Both the position numbers and the translations under genes were made by a program. Below are positions 54,827-64,000 of a DNA stretch of 64,000 nucleotides, one piece after another. Numbering within the stretch: position 1 is the first letter of the stretch; each line of letters starts with the position of its first letter. Below the pieces are notes generated by a model. The model had not been told where the DNA came from, made no database searches, and worked only from the letters and a program-made list of their open reading frames with translations. The DNA comes from Balanoglossus misakiensis (taxonomy: Eukaryota > Animalia > Hemichordata), in the NCBI GenBank assembly GCA_040954595.2, contig CM082592.2, forward strand, positions 8,791,677 through 8,855,676, given 5' to 3'.

Positions 54827-56679
54827 CTTCGACGATCACGAACAATGAGAATTTGTAAAAAGAGTGAAAAGTAAAAGCAAAGACGGTATTGGTTATGGAT
54901 CCCAAGAGTTGATGCAGAGATCTGTCACTTTCCCCTCTTGACATCCTGTTCAATTTATAATTTACACATCAACTGGTTATTGGAATAATTCAATATTTGT
55001 ACATATTCATATATAGTTTATTTTGTAAACATGATTTGTGTACAATTTGTATTACCTTAATATTAAAGAATTAAAATGTATATATTTGTGATAATATCCA
55101 CATATCTGTAGTAATTTTCTCACATTCAAACAGCAAGCATACAACACCCCATGCTTTCTCAAGCACAGGGGTGGTGGTTCAAAGAACAAGATGGGTTAGA
55201 CAAGGAGCAGTACATGTAAATTAAAAACACTTTCACAAACAATTATGATTATAAATTTTTATTTAACATTAATTAAACCCGCATTGTGTAAAATCTGCAC
55301 ACAAATAGTTTGCTGCCCTCCTATTGTTTTTTATACTTCAAAGACAAAGATATACATACACAAGAAGCACTTTAACAAGAACAAAGTCAGAGTTAATCCT
55401 GGCGTGTGATGGCAGTCTGCCTGGTGATCATTTTTTGCGCTGACGAGATGCCATCTTGCAGGCAGCGTGGAGAAGAAAACTGAACGGGTTGAAACCTCAA
55501 AACACACATACAATGACCGTGGATCTCTTGATTTGTAAAGTCTGTACATGGATTAGCTGTCCGTGCACAAGAACTAGCAGTAATCACTTGTCCAGGTTTT
55601 GTAAATGTGCAAAGTGTTCATTGATTGAGAAGTCAAATATCATCACTGTTTCACAGAAATGTGTGTAACTCAACAAAAGCCACAATCTAGGTAAAAGGAA
55701 AGAAATTATGAGTTCTGAATATACTGCAGGCTACAAAACAAAAATAGGTTTAAAAGTATGCGGGAACAGGACAACTAAAACCTGCTGTGATTTTAACCAG
55801 AGGCAATGTGGGGTTCCTGCAGACTACTGGGTGTTACAATGTAAGTACATTATCTGACTCTAAAAGCGACTATTTCAGCACATTGATTAATATATGCAGT
55901 ATTTACAAAAACATTTTACCGCCACATTATAATCTTGAAGTTCTGATCAACTGAGAAAACGTTATAAACTTGTTTCTTTGAAAAAATGCCAGAACTTGCC
56001 TTGTTTTCAATAATATCAAGACCTAGTCTACATAAACATTTTCCCCCAAAGTTATACAAAATGGGACGAACAGAAATGAAGTATTTGAAAATGAAGATAT
56101 TCTAAACTTCTGACTTTAAGGAAATTTCATGTGAATATTTTCGACACCTTGTAAACCTGAAAAGAATGACTGGGATCTGCCAATGAGGGCGCTATCTTAA
56201 GTGTGCATCAGAAAGCACATGTAGGCACAACAAATGGGAATCTTACAAAAGCCAACACATGTACAGTAAACAATGCGGATACATATTGTCAAAAAAATAC
56301 TGCTCAAACAACCCTGTCCATTGCTTCAAAACAATTTCTACAAATTATTTCATTTTCACAGGAATTTATAGTGTGTGATCAAAATATGCTGCTGCTCAGA
56401 ATTGTACTGTTACTTTACTGTCTAATGTACTTTTGACGAAAATTCACAGAAAATGATTTCATGTGAAAATAAAACTTACAACACAGGCCTCTATGCAGCA
56501 GTTTTCTTTGTGTTTAAAAATTTGAAGTATCTTACAATCTCAGATTAGAAATGTCAAAATGTTTGTTTAATATCCTCTCTTAATTTTACAGTTCAAGAAA
56601 TGTTCATTTTATGTACTGTAAAAGTGTCTTAAATTGTGATATAGTTTTCTCCAGGATGGAGAGAATCAGTTTGTAACTT

Positions 56680-59600
56680 TCAAAGAAAGTAGTCCGGCTG
56701 TGGTTTCTTGGCTGGAATACCCCTTGTCTCCTGTGAAAGAAAAGAGGGGGAAAAAGTGGAATATGATCAAGTTGATGAACAGCAGTCTCTGACAAAAGAT
56801 TCAACAACAAAAAAAGTAAGACAGGATCATGTAATACACGAATAACAAATTTCCACTGCCTCGTGGCAGGTTCATTCTGCTAAAACGATAAGTTCTAAGA
56901 TAAAACAGGACTTACCTGTGGTGCAGCTTCAAATATTGTGAAATCTCTTTGAAGATGTTCATCTAATTCAAGAATTGCAGCTACATTTCCACATCTGCAA
57001 CATCAAAGACCACAGCTACGTTACTCTTGGGTGTAATGCCATGACAACATGACCATAACTTAAAGATATACAATCACCTCTACAACCCTGGGTGACGGGC
57101 ACCGCGCATTTGAGTGTTGGAATCACGTGGTCTCCAATACGACTTACCTGTAACAATAATTTGGCGCAGACCAAACGGTAAGGACAGTCTCGTTGAAATG
57201 CCACTTGTAGCCTTCCATGACCAACTGGTGAGCTCGACAAATCATGTCAATGTCGTTGGCAGCGTTGAACTGTGCCACGACATCAATGCCAAATAAATAC
57301 CCAGCTCCCCTCGGACTAACACCCCATCCTTGCGTATCTGGCATCAAGAAAAGACACTTTATTCAAAATTCAATTTCAATTAATTTCTTTTTAACACAGT
57401 AAATACTGTCAAAATGGAACAACAACTGGACATTTGATATCCAAAAGCATCTAGTTTAAAGAGGTTCACAGTGTGAAGATGTGAAAATACCTTCTGGATC
57501 TGACCATAGGAGATCACACATTGGTCCATCATGTGGCACCTCTTGTTTACGGTCAATAGTCCTAATCTGATCTAATGTGTTGATAGATGGTGAGAGACCT
57601 CCATGGACACAGAATATCTGAAAACCAATAAGACACGGTGATGTTAATCAATCCAGTAGGGGCTGGGAGGATTGAATTCTGTGAAGGACTACACGGTGCA
57701 ATAGAAATAATTTTTCTAACAGCAGATTCAGCCTCCAGATAAGATTGACCCGAATGAAAGAAATTTCCAGACGCATAAAATTGTTGAACACGCTGAATTT
57801 CAAAACACTAGTACACCATGTTATCCCCCAACACATACCACAGAGACGTCGAACATCTGTTGGCCAATCAAACACTAACCTTCCCGTCGATGATTGCCGA
57901 AAGACTGAGGTAGTCAAAGATTTCTGTACAGTATCGCCACACGGTCACTGAACCGTACTTCCGAAGGCATTCGTCGTAAAAACCGTACACTTGGGTAATT
58001 TGCCTACTTTCATGGTTGCCACGTATAAGTGTGATGCGATCTGGATATCTGACCTGTAATGGTAGAATAAAAAAACATGCATGTATTTCAGAAGTTGGTC
58101 AGCTTCGGTAAACATGAGTGTGATCACAGCTATTTTCCATTTCACCACAATGGTTTGGTCCGACTACACTGTTCTCAATGGCAATACTGGACCAATCCAA
58201 AGAGAAATAGGGGTGGCGGGGGAGAGGGTTCAGACGTCAATACTTGAAATCATACAAGCATCAAAGGTCAAAATGGACCAAATGCCAGTCATACTTTTAC
58301 ATGTATCTCAATAACTTTACCAATATCAAAAATGCTTCTCAAAACATAAATTTAGTTTCTACTTTTCTAACCAGTTCTGGCCACCAGGCATATTTAGACC
58401 ATTTGATGCTCGTTTAGCGTTCAGAATAATTTACGAGTCCACTACAGATACACAAGTGTCTGGCAGATGCCAAGATATCCACAACAGAAAACTCTCTCGA
58501 GAGATACCGGCACACGAAGGGACTGCTCCATTCTGCAAAGAAATGACCCCTTGAAAATGTAAATATGTCTAAATACATTAATCTCAAGCCATAGAATGAT
58601 TGAAAATTCCAGGTTCTAAGTAAAATCATATGCTTCAACCAAAAAGTTCAAAGTTTATTCCCGTCATTAGCCAAACAAATGAACTTCTGTGCAGAAAAAC
58701 ATAGTGAACCTTTTGCTGCAATATCTCCACATATAAACTTTCCTCAAAGGCCAATGATCAATGAGATTAAGGTAACCACAGACTCTCCAACAATGTCCGG
58801 AATTTAAGAGCCCTGCCAAGCACAGAAATATCCATCTCTCTCCCAGCATACTTGCCGGATGGAAAAACGAGTACTATTACATAAGTGTACAACATAAAAT
58901 CACCATGAGGTGGCATAAAAATGCCCTTGCAAAAGAGAAAAACAATATCTTCTGTCAAACAGCGATGATTCATGACTCTTGGTTTGTGATTAGCGATTAC
59001 ATTAATTTTTCTGACATTTGAAGCTTGTATTTCTCATTAATTTCTTGTGACCATATAGTAAAACTAATCAACTATCAATTCTTTACAGTGGAGGAGCTAT
59101 AAAAAGCCACAATGTAGGTCAAACCACAAGACAGTCAAACTTTGATGGGCAGAAACCAATACTAGGATCAGTTGTTCACAAACGAAACAGTGCTTAATTT
59201 CAGCTACTTAGAAAACTTTACGAGTAGTTTTCATGCATAACAGGCTCGCCCACAAATCTCCATTTTAATTAGGACCCAACAGTAGACATGTCTTGACCAT
59301 ACATTACCTTGAGTGCCAATAACAATAAGAATGTTTCAACGCTGTAAAATCCCCTGTCGACAAAGTCGCCCATAAAAAGATAATTTGTGTCCGGAACATC
59401 TCCGCCAACCTGCAAGAAATTGTACAGCCATTACTCACAAGTTCCAGCTGAATAAGTTGTGGCATTTACAGATTGAGGGTGACATTTTTTTTTCAACCAG
59501 GGTACAGAGTGTCTCTGTAGAAATATTCCCATGTTATGACATTTCATAGATGGAATTTATTGGGAAGCGGGTTGGTATCTTCAGTTTCAGACAGATTATT

Positions 59601-61825
59601 AGATACTAGTATCGCAATGCCAGACATGGGTGTACCACATGACTTACGTCTGCATAAGTCTAGCTCTCACAGGAAGTCAACACAGATGGCGAGTAATCTC
59701 TAATGACACAAGAATCACGAAAGTCACATTCTGCCCTCTTCAGAATGCAATCACACATGTTCTGGCCGAGCAGTGTCACTCCTTGACAATGCTATTTTGG
59801 ATACGAGCATATCACACCGTCTTGTATTTGGCATAGATTGGTTTCAATCAACAACTTAGACTGTGCTGAGTCGGGATATTCTAAACTGTGATTCGAACAC
59901 GGTTTCTGGAGACTGATCCTTTATAAATTACTCATCTTTCATTACATGTAGATGATAGAAGACATAAAATCTCTTTTATGCTACAGATAACATTGCCCTG
60001 CAGTTTCTAGGAGAGTGTATGAACCACAGTGAAGAATATTACGGCCAGAAAAAATGAGAGAGACATCCTTACCCTGAATAGTTCTTTAAGATCATAAAAC
60101 TGTCCGTGAATATCTCCACATACTGTAACTGGTGTGTCTACTCGCTGTACATTACTTTCTTCGACAAGAATTTCCCTGTTAGGTGTAAAATTACAAACCA
60201 CGTAAGCCACACAGTTGTCATAGAAACAGGAACAGTAGCTGTACTATTTTTATTCTGCATATCAACTACTAAAGATGACACTCGCTTCTCCAACATTTCC
60301 TAAATGTCATCCGGCTAAAGTCGTGCTTTTCTAATGTCATTCCACGCATTACAACAATCGCACTATCGACATCTTGTTTTGACTGAGCGGAATGATTTCG
60401 CGTATAGTTGCACATACTGACATTTCTGGCTGCGTGGAATTCAAAACAAAGGGGGAACTCTACCCCTCACAAACTTTTCAATCAATCACTCACCTAGCCT
60501 TGGCACATAGAGCTTTCACTTCACTCTCTTTGATGATTTCGCAACGTCGAAGTTGTTCAATTTGTCTGTTTGAAAAAAAATACAAATCTTCAGTAAGGGT
60601 AATGCTTTTACACGCAGCGTGCTATACATGGAAGAGACTAAATGCTTTACTGAATTTTCACTTTCCATTTCAATTTTTGCAATTTCAGTACAAAGTACAC
60701 AGCTTTGATACTGCCGACATGTTTCAAGATCAGTGAATTTATCGAGCGCAGCTGGCTGACCCCGCCTGCCACAGGGTCATGTTCTCGGCGTTCGGACCTC
60801 ACCAGTCAGCGTCGTTATAGGACATCAATCTTGTCAATGAAGAGATATACGTGTTACGAGCAACTGTGAAGTAGACCTATTTGTCATGTACTACCCACTT
60901 GGCAGTGAACGCATCACAATTAGTTTCTCAGCAATGCCACTGATTGTACTGGTAATTGACACTTAACCTGAGAATTACGAGAATACTTGCAGTTTCAAAG
61001 CCTGCATGAGGCTGTGACTAAGCCTCTAAGTACGACATATATTTTTTCTTCATGTCATTGTGAATGTGCGATGTCCCTCTACCCCAAGGTTGTTGTTTAG
61101 TGTCATAGTGAGAATCGAGAATCTTTTCTGATAATTAGCTAGAAAGAGCAATTTGTTTCTGAGTTCCAAAGCGTCCGAGTGAGGATTACTTCCGTCGTAA
61201 CAAGGCAGATTTTTAGAATACAGCAGGGCTATTTTAACCGGATGGGTTAGTCACACTTGATTGGAAGACAGATCAAATATCAAGTCAAGATAATTACACT
61301 GCATGTGCCAATAATCACATAAAAAGACAACTCTCTATAAAGGACATTTCATTTAATTTCACATGATATCTCTATTCTTATTCACCAGTGTGCATGCCAC
61401 AGATATTTTTTACAGGACTGAAACGGCGATATTAATTTTAAATACGATTTTGATTACACATGCACAGAATGTTGTTTTCTGCCACAGCCACGATAAAAAC
61501 AGCCATTCTATTTGCAATGCCCTTGATATGACTTTGGGTGAGCATGGTTATTCCTGACTGTTGGCAGCGTGGTAAGCAATGCTGAGAATTTGTTTGTGAC
61601 GACGACGTCTTGCGGCGGATGCATGCAGTCTGTCTGGGAGAAACCACGTTGACTGCTGACATCTGACATTCAACAAAGTTGTAAACCAGGCATTTGATTT
61701 GTCAACACAGTCTGCGTATGAATGCCTAGCACTGTTACTTATGAACAAATGGATGTACAGCTAGCAGATCAAATCCAATATTTGATTGAGTCTTACCTGT
61801 CTAAGTCACTGCTATCGCTCATCAT
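56680..61825 (-). CDS. PPP4C: Serine/threonine-protein phosphatase 4 catalytic subunit (308 aa, 9 coding exons)
   Basis: Exons 61825-61797, 60565-60494, 60175-60073, 59409-59308, 58053-57880, 57617-57491, 57337-57148, 56994-56916 and 56730-56680 total 927 nt. Motifs GDIHG, GDFVDRG and RGNHE; PP4-type DLDRQIEQL and [21 protein letters not shown]; C-terminal DYFL. Confidence 0.98.
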
Positions 61826-62560
61826 GGTTGCAGTTAAATAAGAAAATCCCCCTCAGGAGTGGAAACAATAATTTTGTACAAGGACTGTGAAGGAGTGCCC
61901 TGGAGAGGATAAAAAGAGAAAATAGTCAATATCCGTCCATTGCTGAAAGTAGTTCAAGGAAGTAATGCGTCGTGTATATTTCAAAGCAACCTCTGCCGGT
62001 TCTGAAACATTGACCCAGGCCCCGTACAGCAAATCGGACGGTTAATAAAATTTGTCAACGGAACAGGTGTTATCTAAGAAATGTGACGTATTCCAACAAA
62101 CTGGTTCAACAATTTGCGTGACGATAGCGACGATAGATAGTTGATGGGAGTTTTGTCAAAAGCGCCACAATGTGTTGTTTTTTCTGGTGGACAGAGATCG
62201 GAACAAAACATGGCGCATGGGGAAATTGCGAGCACATAACGTATGACAACAATCTGTCACCCTCTATTACGGAAGGAGAGAGAAACCACCGCCGTATAAA
62301 TGAAACCATACAACAGGCCATGGCATGAGTTGTTGAATGACTATGGACTGCGTAACGTTGTACAATACCTCTCCTGCAAAGCAATGGGGTTGTGGCGCCG
62401 AACGAATTGGTGAATAACAATCGCCTTTTCAGGAAAGGGCGACCGCGATTATTTTCAGATCTGTTGTCCACTTTGTGTATTGCGATGTTCTTCAGAGATA
62501 TTTTTAGAAAACTGGGACGGTAGTATGAAGAATAAAGACGAAAATCAACAGAAACCCTTA

Positions 62561-63625
62561 CCCGTTGAAGCGGCGTAATCCCCGTGCGAATGTCTGTGCG
62601 TCTGAACCTGTGACGTTTCGGTCAGAGGTCAAATTGCCGTATATGGATTTTTAGTAATCACTTTCCCATCGAAAGGAGCGCCTCCAATGGTAGCTTTGGA
62701 ACATACTCTTGTTATTCACCGACTCAAAATCATCTTCGCCCTGTGGTCGAGCCAACGACTCGTGCGAGCAGACGACACCTCAAAATTAACACGAATAACA
62801 GTGAGAAAAATTCAAACGGTTTGATTGAACAAGAATCTCTCCATTCGTTCTCAGTTGGATTTGAAGTCTCGGCAAAATAAGGAATGAACCACCAGCATAA
62901 GTTTATGACCCCCACAATGATAACTTCAATATACATTGAATCAGGGGGAGGGGATCGGCCAGAAATTGGTGATTTGGACTTGTGGAGTAACAGTGCTTGA
63001 ACAACTAGCAATTTTTCCCTGCGTGGATAAAGGTGCCCAGGAGCAAAGTCTCAAGTCAGTGCTACTTGGACGTAACGCCATTTAAACCGCACTAAAATAT
63101 AGCGCAGTACAGTTCACGAAAAAGCCTTAGCCCATATTTAAGGTGACAGTCAACTGTAACTGTAACAAGCGACGAAAAAAATGAAATACATGTACGAGTA
63201 ATCATGGTCAATAAGATCAAAAGTGAGAGAACTTGTCCATTTATGAAATTAACCAGTACTAAACCCGAACATTTTAGTTGTGTTCAGAAATGACAGAGAG
63301 CAATGTTCCAACTTTTTTCTCTCAATTTTATAGAATTCCCATACAATTTTTTTACAAAGACATGCCAGTGACGTTTACACATGGAAACTTCGAAAAAAAA
63401 ATAACTTTTGATGCGCGGTGCTCCAGTGAAAGTTGTCCCCTTTCTTAAGAATGGTATAAACCAAATGGAAGATATGTGTCATCGATCGTCACGTGACCCT
63501 GTTGCTGTCGGCCATTTTTGTTGTCCTGCATACTGACGACCTTCTACTCGGGAATCCTACCATTTCCAGGTTTTTTTCAAGCATATTTTACAGGCTACCT
63601 GGACTTTTAGCGAGCAATTTTCAAT
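62561..63625. promoter_or_regulatory. Head-to-head promoter and 5'UTR region of PPP4C and FLOT2
   Basis: A - strand donor GTAAGG at 62561 suggests a non-coding PPP4C exon; the FLOT2 ATG is about 1.1 kb away on the + strand; sequence is CpG-enriched. Confidence 0.5.
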
Positions 63626-63674
63626 ATGGGAAACTGCCACACGGTTGGACCCAATGAAGCGCTTGTCGTATCCG
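63626..63674 (+). CDS. FLOT2: Flotillin-2, first coding exon (gene continues beyond the window)
   Basis: Encodes MGNCHTVGPNEALVVS(G) followed by GTAAGT. This matches the recalled FLOT2 N-terminus, with Gly2 (myristoylation) and Cys4 (palmitoylation). Confidence 0.93.
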
Positions 63675-64000
63675 GTAAGTGCCCCCCGTGACCTCGAATT
63701 TAGTTGAAAATTGAGCAGTATTGGTTAATAGATGACAACCCTCTTATCGATCAGATTAACCAAACGTAGTAATTGCAAACATCGCAGGCATCGTATTCAC
63801 AGTGACTTTGTATTGCATTAACTAAACCTACGCACTTCTAAGCTCCGATCTGGTACAAACGCCGTTTTCATGCGTATTTATCTCAACGAATTGCAGTCGA
63901 GTCGCCATCCATTACACACAAGCCAAGGCCCTAAACACCCTTCCCACGTAATGGCCGATCCCATACATTTTGGGCGTCCAGGGCCAGCGTCTCGGAGAGA

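Overview
Eukaryotic, intron-rich animal DNA. The gene set and divergence suggest an invertebrate deuterostome such as a hemichordate, echinoderm or amphioxus (inference). Most entries in the ORF track are noise or partial exons. Bases 1-25 kb are a gene-free region rich in transcription-factor motifs, lying 3' of (or inside the intron of) an MN1 homologue whose 4.45 kb first coding exon is at 25213-29665 (-). Bases 33.9-64 kb are a compact cluster spliced by hand: CFAP119/CCDC189 (-), two tandem cytidine deaminases (+), a frameshifted CRTAC1 pseudo-exon (-), an intact CRTAC1-like gene without an EGF domain (-), SPAG5/astrin (-), a small ~96-aa spliced gene with a possible KHA/ubiquitin-like fold (+), PPP4C (-) and the first coding exon of FLOT2 (+). 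Best leads: the small gene sharing the SPAG5 promoter, the CRTAC1 relic, an expanded array of LC8-type motifs in astrin, the MN1 splice-versus-read-through question, a perfect DR5 element 3' of MN1 exon 1, and linkage of genes that in human are split among 16p11.2, 17q11.2 and 22q12. No prokaryotic system, CRISPR array or rRNA/tRNA gene was found. All comparisons to human proteins are from recall, not from a search.
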